Position numbers and translations under genes: made by a program. The notes under the pieces are model-generated. The model was not told where the DNA came from, did not search any database, and worked only from the letters and a program-made list of their open reading frames with translations. A stretch of DNA of 64,000 nucleotides from Candidatus Gastranaerophilales bacterium. Lineage in GTDB: Bacteria; Cyanobacteriota; Vampirovibrionia; Gastranaerophilales; Gastranaerophilaceae. The stretch is from NCBI GenBank assembly GCA_944325815.1, contig CALVBV010000001.1, forward strand, positions 2,318 through 66,317. The letters are read 5' to 3'. This document shows, in pieces, positions 32,835 to 42,357 of the stretch (positions are counted from its first letter, which is position 1; each line of letters starts with the position of its first letter).

Positions 32835-34037
32835 TTAGGGTTTTAGGATTGAAAGAACATAGTCTTCTGTGAAATATTTATTTGCACAGCGCAGAATGTC
32901 ATCCGGCGTAACCTGTTTTACCTTTTCAATAATATCTTTTTGATAAGAGAACGGTTTTCCCATAATTGAATAATAAGCCATCATATTTGCCTGCTGGGAG
33001 TTTGTTTCTGTTATAAACTGCTGTTTCCCAATCAGGTTATTTTTAGCATTATGAAGCTCTTCTTCACTAACAGGAATGTTTTTAATCTTTTCTATTTCTT
33101 CTTTAAACCCTGCAATTGAGGTTTCAATATTAGAAGGTTCCGTGCCTATGTAAATACTGAATACCGCAGTGTTTATGTGGGGTTCATAAGTCGTTCTTAC
33201 AGTATATGCGAGTCCTTTTTTCTCCCGGAGTTCCATAAAAAGTCTGGAAGACAGACCGCTTGCGCCTAAGATAACGTTCATAAGCATTATAACTGGATAA
33301 TCATCGCTGCCGATAGTCGGTACAAGCCAGCCCTGAATGATTTGAGCCTGATTTGCATCTTCTTTGATTAATTCTGAGTATTCCCGGCTCAGGTTTTTGG
33401 GCGGTTCTATACCGGATTTTGTATCAACTGCATTAGGAATGATTCCCAAATATTTGTTTAGCAGTTCTTCAGCCCCTTCAACATCTCCGGCCAGGGCAAG
33501 AGATTTGCGGCTGTTTGTAAGAATGTTTTTGTAAGCATTTACTACATCTTCTCCGGAAATTTGAGCTATTTCATCCAAAATTACGGTATAGCTGTGGCCG
33601 TAGTAATGATTTTTATAAATTGTTTTTGTGAACAAGTCAGAAACTTTTACCCTGGCAGAATCTAATTCTGCAGTCAGTTCTCCTTTTAGTTTTGTTTTTT
33701 CCTTTTCAAATTCGTTAAAAGTAGAATTTTGTATAATATCGCTCAGGATAGACAGAGCAAGTTCGAAATCTTCATTAAGACAAACAAATCTGAATCGCAG
33801 ATAATCAGATTTCATTTCCGTATTGAGTTCAATTGCGTTTTCATCAAGAATTGCAGCGAGTTCTTCTGATGTGCGGGTTTTCGTCCCTTTTAGAAGAAGC
33901 CGGTTCATAAGAGTATAAATACCGGCAGTTTTTTCTGACTCATCAATTGACAGATTAAGTGTCAATGCAATTCTTGGAGTATTTTTATTTTGTTTTATAC
34001 AGGCTCTTATCTTATTATTTAAATTAAATTCTTTCAT
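32835..34037 (-). CDS. M16-family peptidase homologue lacking the HxxEH zinc motif
   Basis: Length and pattern are M16-like (LLLKGTKTRTSEEL, GLAYTV). Where HxxEH is expected the sequence reads YTLMNRL. Confidence 0.65.
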   Translation of the reverse strand: MKEFNLNNKIRACIKQNKNTPRIALTLNLSIDESEKTAGIYTLMNRLLLKGTKTRTSEELAAILDENAIELNTEMKSDYLRFRFVCLNEDFELALSILSDIIQNSTFNEFEKEKTKLKGELTAELDSARVKVSDLFTKTIYKNHYYGHSYTVILDEIAQISGEDVVNAYKNILTNSRKSLALAGDVEGAEELLNKYLGIIPNAVDTKSGIEPPKNLSREYSELIKEDANQAQIIQGWLVPTIGSDDYPVIMLMNVILGASGLSSRLFMELREKKGLAYTVRTTYEPHINTAVFSIYIGTEPSNIETSIAGFKEEIEKIKNIPVSEEELHNAKNNLIGKQQFITETNSQQANMMAYYSIMGKPFSYQKDIIEKVKQVTPDDILRCANKYFTEDYVLSILKP

Positions 34038-34149
34038 ACTTGAATTAAACCACGAATTATATTTAAAAGTAAATAGTTGGTATCATTTTGTAAAATTTTT
34101 GTATTGAAATGGTGATTTTCATGGTAAAATTTCTTGCAGAGGGTACTTG

Positions 34150-36552
34150 ATGAAGATTTTAGAAGTAAGAGACGGTTTTATAAAATTTGAAGCAGACAAA
34201 AATATCTGTCTTTCATCATTTGTTCAGGTTGACGGAATTGATAAAAGTTATGTTGCACAGGTTTTACAACTGAAACGTGCAGGGGAAAATTCTATTGCTT
34301 ATGCAAAAATTTTATTCCTTTATGACGGAGAGCTTGTTGCTTATGATAAAACTTTACCGTCAAAAGATGCGCAGGTTAAGCCTTTTACTTTTGATATTTT
34401 AAGCAATTCAATCATTGCAGACTCGCCTATAATTGCCGGAAAAACGACAGGAGAGGATATCTGTATAAAAATTGATGTTTCTGCGTTTGACAAAAAAATG
34501 CTGGTCAGTGTAGATGATAAGGATTCTAATAATCTTATTATCAGAAATCTTGTGAAACAATTTAATAATCTCAATAGAAAAGTTGTGATAATTGACACAC
34601 TCGGAATAATAGAAGCAAAAAAGTATACTGCAGGTGTGGATTTTAAGCTTCCTCTCAACAAAGATTCTCTAGCATTTATGTATAGAGACTGTCTGAATGA
34701 CGCGACAGAAGAGAGCAAGTCTTTAATTATGGAGATTTTTAAAGATTTGGCTGAATATTCGGAAACAGTACCATTTGTTCCGTTTGAGACATTAAAGTCT
34801 ATTGTGGATGATATGGTTGACAATTCGCATGTATTCAAGCTTCTTGTTTTGAAAAATAAACTTGCCAAATTTCACAGGCTGGGATATTTTGCAAGCAGTA
34901 AACGTGATATGGAAAGGCTTGGAGATATTTTAGATGCCGGCTGCTGTATTCTGGATTTGTCGAAGCTGGATGCTGTTTTCCAGAATAAATATTTGGAATT
35001 TATATATGAATCTTTAAAGGCGCATTCTCAAATTCAGGTATTTCTTGAACTTTCTAATACTGTGAGCAAAAAAAGCATTAAGGATGTTTTATCTGATGTT
35101 ACACCGACAGCAGTGGTTACACATTCTAAGTTCAAATATTTGAATGATATAAAAAATGTTTTTGACAATTTTATAATAGTACCGTCTTTTGCAAATAATT
35201 CTATTTTTAATATATATTCAACTTTCTTGAGCGCAATGCCGAAGGATACATATTTAATATCCGGTGAAGCAACAAATTATATTCCGCTGGTATCTTCACT
35301 TGCAAAGATAGATGACATCGCGCTTATTCAGCCGGAACCTGACGTAAATCCGCCGGAGGAGACGGAAGAAAATACATCTGACAGCAACGATGATGAACTG
35401 GAGGCAGTTCTTGCAGCGGAAGAAGAGCAGGATAATATAGAAGAAGAGCTTTTGACTTCTGATGAAATATCTGCCGGAATAGAAGAAAAGTCGGATGATA
35501 TTATAGCAAAAGCCGCAGAGGAAACGGAATCAGTTCTGCCTGACGCAGATATGTTCGGCGGTGCGGAGGATGTAGAAGAGTTTGAATATGCAGAAGAGAC
35601 AGCGGAAGAAATTCCGCCGGTATCAGAAGAGCCGGAATTAACTGCAGAAGATTTAGACGCAGCGGAAATTTCTGAATACGAAGAGGTTCCTGTTACTGAA
35701 AGTTTTGAAACAGAGGTGCATCCGGCTGAAGTGATTGAGGACTATTCTCCCGGCGAGGAAGTGTATGAGGAGATTTCTCTTGCAGAAGAAACTGAGCCGG
35801 AAGAAATGCTAACGGAAGAAATTCCGGAAAGCGAACTGCTGGAAGAGGACACTCTTGAAGAAATAGAGGTGCCTGCGGATATAGATTTAGATGATTCTGA
35901 AATTCCTGTAATGGAAGAACCTGCCGAAGAATTGGCCTCAGTGCCTGAGCAGCCGGAAATTGAGATTTTGCCAATATCTTCTGATGATGAATTAGATTCA
36001 ATTGTAGAGCTGGATCCGGATGAAGCTGATGAAAACGATATTGTAATCGATATGGAAGAGGAAGAAGAACCGCTTTCTTTGGATGAACAGATTGTTAAAG
36101 ATGTAGATAAAGTTTTCACGTCAAGAAAAGAGGATGAGATATCTGATTCCGACTTAGATTTTATAGATGAGCTGAATACAGGCGAACTCCTGGAAGAGGT
36201 TAGTGATTCCGATAATACTCTGGAAGAAATTGCCGAACCGGATGATGAGGGTATATTAGAGCCGGCAGAGGATAATATTCAGCTGGAAGAGGTAAAAGAT
36301 TCTGCGGAAATTTTAGAAACCAGAAGTTCTACAACTCCGATAGTGCCGGTTTACAATGCTGATATTCCCCAAGAGGATATGGTAATGAGTGATGATATAC
36401 AGCAGGGGGATCTTGTTACACATGCAAAATATGGTTCGGGAGTTGTGGAAAAAATGATAAAATACGGAAATAAAACATTGTTTTCAATAAATTTTGACAA
36501 TATAGGCAGACGCCTTTTAGACCCTGCTTTGACGGAAATAAAGAAGGCTTAG
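34150..36552 (+). CDS. Hypothetical multidomain protein: HerA-like N-domain with a degenerate P-loop, a long polyacidic linker and a PcrA/UvrD-CTD-like Tudor domain
   Basis: The N-terminus KILEVRDGFIKFEADKNICLSSFVQVDG...YVAQVLQL is HAS-barrel-like. VSVDDKDSNN sits where the Walker A motif is expected, followed by VVIIDTLG and CCILDLSKLD. Residues of about 397-735 are D/E-rich. The C-terminus reads GDLVTHAKYGSGVVEKMIKYGNKTLFSINFDNIGRRLL. Confidence 0.6.
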   Translation: MKILEVRDGFIKFEADKNICLSSFVQVDGIDKSYVAQVLQLKRAGENSIAYAKILFLYDGELVAYDKTLPSKDAQVKPFTFDILSNSIIADSPIIAGKTTGEDICIKIDVSAFDKKMLVSVDDKDSNNLIIRNLVKQFNNLNRKVVIIDTLGIIEAKKYTAGVDFKLPLNKDSLAFMYRDCLNDATEESKSLIMEIFKDLAEYSETVPFVPFETLKSIVDDMVDNSHVFKLLVLKNKLAKFHRLGYFASSKRDMERLGDILDAGCCILDLSKLDAVFQNKYLEFIYESLKAHSQIQVFLELSNTVSKKSIKDVLSDVTPTAVVTHSKFKYLNDIKNVFDNFIIVPSFANNSIFNIYSTFLSAMPKDTYLISGEATNYIPLVSSLAKIDDIALIQPEPDVNPPEETEENTSDSNDDELEAVLAAEEEQDNIEEELLTSDEISAGIEEKSDDIIAKAAEETESVLPDADMFGGAEDVEEFEYAEETAEEIPPVSEEPELTAEDLDAAEISEYEEVPVTESFETEVHPAEVIEDYSPGEEVYEEISLAEETEPEEMLTEEIPESELLEEDTLEEIEVPADIDLDDSEIPVMEEPAEELASVPEQPEIEILPISSDDELDSIVELDPDEADENDIVIDMEEEEEPLSLDEQIVKDVDKVFTSRKEDEISDSDLDFIDELNTGELLEEVSDSDNTLEEIAEPDDEGILEPAEDNIQLEEVKDSAEILETRSSTTPIVPVYNADIPQEDMVMSDDIQQGDLVTHAKYGSGVVEKMIKYGNKTLFSINFDNIGRRLLDPALTEIKKA

Positions 36553-36587
36553 TCTGTCATTTTTGCAGGTTGTCTGTCCTCACCCCC

Positions 36588-36616
36588 TTTACAAGAAGTT
36601 TTTTTGTTATTAAAAT
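36588..36616 (+). promoter_or_regulatory. Candidate sigma70 promoter for rpsT
   Basis: TTTACA, a 17-nt spacer, then TAAAAT, about 85 nt upstream of the rpsT ATG. Confidence 0.4.
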
Positions 36617-36701
36617 ATAATTACTCACAAATCCTCATGTGATAAACAAATGTAATGGAGTCATTAACCGGCACATTTGTTACAAATGAAAGGAAAACAA
36701 A

Positions 36702-36968
36702 ATGGCAAATATTAAGTCAGCAAAAAAAAGAGTTCTTATTGCAGAAGCTAATAGACAAAGAAATGTAGCTTTCAAAACTTCTATCAAAACAGCTCAGAAA
36801 AAAGCTCTTGCTTTGGCAAAAAGTGAAGACAAAGATGCCCTGAATGCTGCAATTTCTAAAGTTTATCAACTTTGTGACAAAGCTGTTTCTAAAGGTATTT
36901 TGCATAAAAATACTGCTGCAAGAAAGAAATCAAGACTTGTTCTTGCTATCAAGAAATTAGCACAGTAA
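36702..36968 (+). CDS. rpsT: 30S ribosomal protein S20
   Basis: MANIKSAKKR is present. The product is 88 aa and basic. Confidence 0.95.
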   Translation: MANIKSAKKRVLIAEANRQRNVAFKTSIKTAQKKALALAKSEDKDALNAAISKVYQLCDKAVSKGILHKNTAARKKSRLVLAIKKLAQ

Positions 36969-36982
36969 TTAAAGTGCATAAT

Positions 36983-37016
36983 AAAAAATCCCTTCTTATA
37001 TAAGAAGGGATTTTTT
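36983..37016. terminator. Bidirectional intrinsic terminator
   Basis: A6, TCCCTTCTTA, TA, TAAGAAGGGA, then T6, between convergent genes. Confidence 0.8.
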
Positions 37017-37035
37017 ATTATTGATTTTGCTTTTT

Positions 37036-37761
37036 TTACTTAGCACAAGCATTATTGCAAACGCTAAATTCGTCAATTAACAATGCAAAAATTGTTTCAC
37101 CTTTTTTCGCTTTGTAGTGGCATCCCGGAGTAATAAGTCCGACAACAAAGCCTACACCGCATCCTATAGGAATACCGATTGCAAGCCCGGTTCCGATTTC
37201 TGCAGGATTCGGGATAAATGAAAATCCTACACCTGCACCTGCACCAACTATACCAAGAGTGAGCGTTGATAATGCCAATTTGCCGGCGGTTGTCCAAGGA
37301 CCTTCTTTTAATTTACAATCTTTTGTAAACGGACGAGCCTTAATATTTATGCAAGTATTGTCAGGCAGGATAATCTGTCTGAATATCAGGCTGACCCGGG
37401 CATTTTTGTTAAACCATTTCGGTTTTTCGACATTTGTAACTTCTGCGGTAATCTTTGTTTCAGCAGGCAGAACAAGTGTTCCTTCACAGGTATAAAGTGC
37501 CTGAGGTACTACAAAATGTACAATGTCACCGGCTTTAGAACATTTTGAGAAATATTTCTCATCAAAAGCAAAGACCAGTACATTACCTTTTTCTACAGTT
37601 TTTCTGAGATTAGTGATTGTGACAACATTGCAGGGTGCATTTTTGTGGACATCAAGGTGTTCTACAGCAACTGTTTTTTCACAGGCAGCTGCTAGAACAG
37701 GAACTGTTTGCATTCCCAGCAATGACAAAATGAAAGTAAATGTTAAAATTTTCTTTAGCAT
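37036..37761 (-). CDS. Secreted or lipid-anchored hypothetical protein: beta-rich domain plus a C-terminal glycine-zipper segment
   Basis: The signal peptide MLKKILTFTFILSLLGMQTVPVLAAAC starts at M20 of the track ORF. The C-terminus reads LGIVGAGAGVGF...GLAIGIPIGCGVGFVVGL. Confidence 0.6.
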   Translation of the reverse strand: MLKKILTFTFILSLLGMQTVPVLAAACEKTVAVEHLDVHKNAPCNVVTITNLRKTVEKGNVLVFAFDEKYFSKCSKAGDIVHFVVPQALYTCEGTLVLPAETKITAEVTNVEKPKWFNKNARVSLIFRQIILPDNTCINIKARPFTKDCKLKEGPWTTAGKLALSTLTLGIVGAGAGVGFSFIPNPAEIGTGLAIGIPIGCGVGFVVGLITPGCHYKAKKGETIFALLIDEFSVCNNACAK

Positions 37762-37883
37762 AATAATACCTCTAATAAGTTTCCACATGAGTATAACAAA
37801 TTTTGCTAAGTTTTTCAATCCCTGATTAATATTTACACAAAGGTTTAATTATAATATAATTAAACAAAAGAAGGAGGGATTTA

Positions 37884-38927
37884 ATGCTGCGATACTTTTC
37901 AGGGTCATATATAGTAACGGTTTTCGGTTTGATATCAGCGTATCTCTGGGGAGAACATGTTCATAATGGTACGGGAATGACCTGTATTTTTATTGCTTTG
38001 GTGCTTGCCGTTCTGGAAGTCAGTTTGTCATTTGACAATGCCGTAGTTAATGCTATGAAACTGGAAGGTATGTCCGAAAAATGGAGGCACAGGTTTATTA
38101 CGTGGGGCATTTTAATTGCTGTTTTTGGTATGAGATTCTTATTCCCTCTTCTTGTAGTATCAATTTTTGCTAAATTAAATATTTTGTCTGTTTTGGATAT
38201 GGCGCTGAATGATGTTCATAAATACGCTCATTATCTGGAACTAACCCACGCACCAATTGTTACTTTTGGCGGTTCCTTCCTGCTTATGCTGTTTATGGAC
38301 TATTTTACGGAAAAAAATAAAGAAGTTCACTGGATTAGATTCTTAGAAGACGGGCTTCAAAAACTTTCTAAGGTTCGAGGTATCTGCACTATTGTTACTT
38401 TAGCCGCATTAGGTTTATTAATGTTAAAAATCGCGCCGGAAGCAAGAGAAAGTGTTTTCACTTCAGGACTTGCCGGAATTATAACTTATCTGGTTATAGA
38501 CGGGCTTGCTGAATGGCTTGAAAAACGTCAGGAAGAGAGAGCAAAATTATGCGCAGACAGCGTAAAATGCTCTGGCCTTGTAGGATTTCTTTATCTGGAA
38601 TTGATTGACGCATCATTCTCGCTTGATGGTGTTCTTGGTGCATTTGCATTAAGCAAAGATATTTTGATAATTACAATAGGCCTTTTTATTGGTGCAATGT
38701 TTGTCAGATCGTTAACAATAATGCTGGTTGAAAGGAAAACTCTGGATCAATATTTGTATTTGGAACACGGTGCTCACTGGGCTATTGGAACCCTTGCTGT
38801 TTTAATGTTTGTATCAACTTTCCATCAGGTTCCCGAGGTTGTAACAGGGCTTTTGGGGCTTGCTTTTATTGTAACGGCGTTTGTATCATCTGTCATTCAT
38901 AACAAAAAGGCAAAATATGGAGAATAA
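37884..38927 (+). CDS. DUF475/TerC-like integral membrane protein
   Basis: LEVSLSFDNAVVNA and a second SFSLDGVLGAFA half-repeat are present, with multiple TM helices. Confidence 0.7.
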   Translation: MLRYFSGSYIVTVFGLISAYLWGEHVHNGTGMTCIFIALVLAVLEVSLSFDNAVVNAMKLEGMSEKWRHRFITWGILIAVFGMRFLFPLLVVSIFAKLNILSVLDMALNDVHKYAHYLELTHAPIVTFGGSFLLMLFMDYFTEKNKEVHWIRFLEDGLQKLSKVRGICTIVTLAALGLLMLKIAPEARESVFTSGLAGIITYLVIDGLAEWLEKRQEERAKLCADSVKCSGLVGFLYLELIDASFSLDGVLGAFALSKDILIITIGLFIGAMFVRSLTIMLVERKTLDQYLYLEHGAHWAIGTLAVLMFVSTFHQVPEVVTGLLGLAFIVTAFVSSVIHNKKAKYGE

Positions 38928-39771
38928 AAACTTATACTGCGTGGGAGGTGCTGTCAGAGACGAGCTTCTCAGGATAAAGTCTTTGGATACGGATTATTGC
39001 TATGAAGGCGATGCAATAAAGTTTGCGAAAGGTATGAATGTAATCCGGAAAAATTCTGCTTTTGGGACTGTAAGAGTTTTATTTGAGGGCGAAAAAATTG
39101 ATATTGCTTCGACAAGAAAGGAAAAATACCCGCGTCCGGGGCATCTGCCTGTAATTACTGAAATAGGGTGTTCTTTGGAAGAAGATTTGAAACGCAGGGA
39201 TTTTACGATTAATTCTATGGCAAGACGAACTACTGACGGAAAGCTGTTTGACCCATTTAACGGCTTAGCTGATTTAGAAGAAAGAAAAATCCGAATATTG
39301 CATGACAGAAGTTTTATAGATGATCCGACCAGAATTATAAGGGCGTTAAAGTTCTCTGTAAGGCTGGGGTTTAATTTGTCTAAAAATACAAAAAGGCTTC
39401 AGGATGAGTATTTGGCAAATATAAATTATGATATTTCCTGGCACAGAATGAAAAAAGAGCTGGTAGAGACTTTTAGTTTAAACCGGCAAAAAGCTTTTGA
39501 TATTTTTGTAAAAGAAGGGATTTATAAACTATTGGGACCAAATCAAAAAATACCGGCGATAAAGCAGTCGATAGAAAAAATAGTAAAAGAATATCCTTCA
39601 AAGCATTCATGGCTTATTTATCTTGGGCTTTTTGACTTGTCGAATTTTGAACTTACGAAAGCTGAGCGCAGAATTATAGAATGGGCCGAAAGGCTAAAAA
39701 CAGAAAAACCTGTAAACAATACTCCGATTGAAAGTTTGTTGATTCATCGTCTGAGATTGGAGTCAATGTAA
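38917..39771 (+). CDS. Short tRNA nucleotidyltransferase/poly(A) polymerase-family protein (head domain only)
   Basis: YCVGGAVRDELL, DTDY and RRDFTINSMA are present. The start is at ATG 38917 and overlaps the upstream gene by 11 nt. Confidence 0.75.
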   Translation: MENKNLYCVGGAVRDELLRIKSLDTDYCYEGDAIKFAKGMNVIRKNSAFGTVRVLFEGEKIDIASTRKEKYPRPGHLPVITEIGCSLEEDLKRRDFTINSMARRTTDGKLFDPFNGLADLEERKIRILHDRSFIDDPTRIIRALKFSVRLGFNLSKNTKRLQDEYLANINYDISWHRMKKELVETFSLNRQKAFDIFVKEGIYKLLGPNQKIPAIKQSIEKIVKEYPSKHSWLIYLGLFDLSNFELTKAERRIIEWAERLKTEKPVNNTPIESLLIHRLRLESM

Positions 39772-39772
39772 A

Positions 39773-40639
39773 ATGCTGGAACGTATTTTAAATTGCAGAT
39801 TCCATCTAAGAGTTGTTGTAAATCCATATATACGATACCTGGCAAATAGTATGGGAAAATATTCAGGTGTAAACAGCGTGAGTCGTGAGACCCCTGTTGT
39901 TTTGTCAATAACTTCTTATGAAGAAAGATTTGATGACTTGGAAATTGCTCTTTATTCGCTTTTAAATCAGACGCTTAAACCTGACAGGATAATTCTTTGG
40001 CTGAGTGATGAGTATGACTTGTTAAATCTGCCTTATTCAATAACAAAATATGTAAAAAACGGTTTGGAAATACGTTTTGTAAAAGATATAAAATCTTATA
40101 CCAAGGTGATTTATGCTCTGAAAGAATTTGAAAATAGTGTAATTGTAACAGCTGATGATGATGTATATTATCCAAAAGACTGGTTAGAAAAACTTTATCA
40201 TTCATATATCTCGCATCCTGAAGATATTCAGGTACACAGGGCGCACAGGGTTCTTGTAAATGATAAAAAAGAACTGTTACCCTATGAAAAATGGAAAAAA
40301 CATGTAGAAGAAGAATCTGCAAGGTTTGATAATTTTTTGACGGGGGTCGGAGGGGTTCTATATCCGCCGAATTGTTTTACTAAAGAAGTTTTTAGGGATG
40401 ATATTTTTTTAACGTACACACCAAATGCAGACGACATCTGGCTTTGGTTTATGGCTCTTTTAAGCGGAAGGAAAATCCGGGTGGTAAAAAATCATATCAA
40501 AACTCTTGCCTGTACGAATATTTTAAGGCAGCTGGGCTTTGGGCGCTCGCTTTATTCTGTGAACAGGCTCGGAGATAATGACAAACAGATTAGCGCTTTG
40601 ATGAAATTCTATAAGGCAAATATTAGCTCAAAGCTTTAG
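39773..40639 (+). CDS. Putative glycosyltransferase (GT-A-like, with the acidic motif TADDDV)
   Basis: SITSYEERFDDLEIALYSLLNQTLKPDRIILWLSDE and VTADDDVYYP are present, in a polysaccharide-locus context. Confidence 0.6.
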   Translation: MLERILNCRFHLRVVVNPYIRYLANSMGKYSGVNSVSRETPVVLSITSYEERFDDLEIALYSLLNQTLKPDRIILWLSDEYDLLNLPYSITKYVKNGLEIRFVKDIKSYTKVIYALKEFENSVIVTADDDVYYPKDWLEKLYHSYISHPEDIQVHRAHRVLVNDKKELLPYEKWKKHVEEESARFDNFLTGVGGVLYPPNCFTKEVFRDDIFLTYTPNADDIWLWFMALLSGRKIRVVKNHIKTLACTNILRQLGFGRSLYSVNRLGDNDKQISALMKFYKANISSKL

Positions 40640-41483
40640 GTTCTTTGCCTTTACCAATATGAAATCTGATACCTTTTTTTGAAAATGTTATTGTGATTAA
40701 ATTTCGTCGTATAAAATTCAAGATTAAAAACGGGCGGAAAATAGCAGGTTTGTCATTTATTAACATTGAATATATTTCTGTTCTGAATATAAGCTGCTTA
40801 AATCCGTTATTTCGAGCTTTGTTTGTGTAACTATCCGAATGCATCCTCCAGCGGGTAAGTTTTTTATGAATATAATATACTTTTGCCTCTCTCAATTGTG
40901 CCCAAAGGTAAAAATCCAGATAAGTTTTGCATGGACTTTTAAAACAGCATTGCTCAAGCAGGCTTTTTTTTACCATTGTGCAGGAAAATGTCGGAATAAT
41001 ATTGATATTAGGTATTATATTTTTAAAATCCTCAACAAACATTGATTTATTAAGGTCAATATAAAATTTTTTGATTCCTTTAAAATGCTCTTCCATATAC
41101 TTAATCGTATCTGCATCCTGAAATAATTCCACATCGGAAAAAATAATATCCGGATTTTGAGGGAAAATTTTTATTTTTTCCTCCAGAGCATCAGGATAAA
41201 AAATATCGTCGCTTTCAAGGAAAGCCAGCCAATCATATTGAGCATAAGAAATTGCTTTTTTTAAAGAGGCTGCAAGTCCCAGATTTTTGTTGTTTATAAT
41301 AAGTTTTATTCTGGAATCTTGTTTTACGTATTTTTCAATAATTTCTACGGAATTATCCTTTGAACAATCATCAATTATGATAAGTTCCCAATTAGGATAT
41401 GTCTGGTTTATTACACTAAGTATAGCCTCTTCAATATAAGAGGCGTAATTATAACTTGTCATTATTATAGAAATTTTTTCCAT
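40623..41483 (-). CDS. Family 2 glycosyltransferase
   Basis: ISIIMTSYNYASYIEEAILSVINQTYPNWELIIIDDCSKDNS and LESDD are present. Confidence 0.85.
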   Translation of the reverse strand: MEKISIIMTSYNYASYIEEAILSVINQTYPNWELIIIDDCSKDNSVEIIEKYVKQDSRIKLIINNKNLGLAASLKKAISYAQYDWLAFLESDDIFYPDALEEKIKIFPQNPDIIFSDVELFQDADTIKYMEEHFKGIKKFYIDLNKSMFVEDFKNIIPNINIIPTFSCTMVKKSLLEQCCFKSPCKTYLDFYLWAQLREAKVYYIHKKLTRWRMHSDSYTNKARNNGFKQLIFRTEIYSMLINDKPAIFRPFLILNFIRRNLITITFSKKGIRFHIGKGKEPKALS

Positions 41484-41526
41484 ATAAATATTTTACCCTA
41501 AATTTATTTTGGGTTAATATATCTGT

Positions 41527-42357
41527 ATGAAATTGAGTATTATTACTTTAACTTACAATAAACTTGAGTACACAAAGAAATTTATTGAGAGCCTTTTTAA
41601 ATACACCAAGGATTTTGAGCTGATAATTGTTGATAACGGCTCAACAGACGGTACTAGAGAGTATTTGAAATCCGTTCCCGATATTAAACTTATATTGAAT
41701 GAAAAAAATTTGGGTTTTTCTAAAGGAAATAATCAGGGGATAGAAATTGCTGCCGGCGAGTACATTGGCTTTTTAAATAACGACATCTTACTTTATCCCA
41801 ATTGGTTTGAAAAAGTTGAAGAGGTTTTTCAAAAAGAAAATGCCGCCTTCGTCTCTCCAAGACACATTAATCCGCACTATGATTTGACGGATGAGAATCA
41901 TTATATACAATATTTTAAGCACAATTTTAACTATTCTAAAAAGTACGAAAAAAACTTTGATGAATGTGTTTTTTCCTGTGTTATAACAAAAAAATCTGTC
42001 ATAGATTCTATAGGGAAATTTGATGAAAATTATACTCAAGCTTTTTTTGAAGACAATGATTTTAAGTACCGTGCAATCGAGGCAGGATATGGAGTTTATG
42101 TATCAAACGAGGTTTGTTTTTTTCATTTTGGATCTGTAACATCTAAGAATCTTAACCAAAATTTGGAAAATAACAGACAATATTACTATTCAAAATATCC
42201 TTTTGCCGAATATCTGTCTGCCTCAGGTGCGGAGAAATATCAGCTTCAGAGAATGACAAGACAGTTTAAAAACTTTCCTCTTAATAAAATCTATGAACTT
42301 TACCTGTTGGGTATAAAAATTAAAAACAGAATAAGAAAGGGAATATTTACGCATTGA
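41527..42357 (+). CDS. Family 2 glycosyltransferase
   Basis: LSIITLTYNKLEYTKKFIESL, IIVDNGSTDGT, GFSKGNNQG and NNDI are present. Confidence 0.85.
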   Translation: MKLSIITLTYNKLEYTKKFIESLFKYTKDFELIIVDNGSTDGTREYLKSVPDIKLILNEKNLGFSKGNNQGIEIAAGEYIGFLNNDILLYPNWFEKVEEVFQKENAAFVSPRHINPHYDLTDENHYIQYFKHNFNYSKKYEKNFDECVFSCVITKKSVIDSIGKFDENYTQAFFEDNDFKYRAIEAGYGVYVSNEVCFFHFGSVTSKNLNQNLENNRQYYYSKYPFAEYLSASGAEKYQLQRMTRQFKNFPLNKIYELYLLGIKIKNRIRKGIFTH

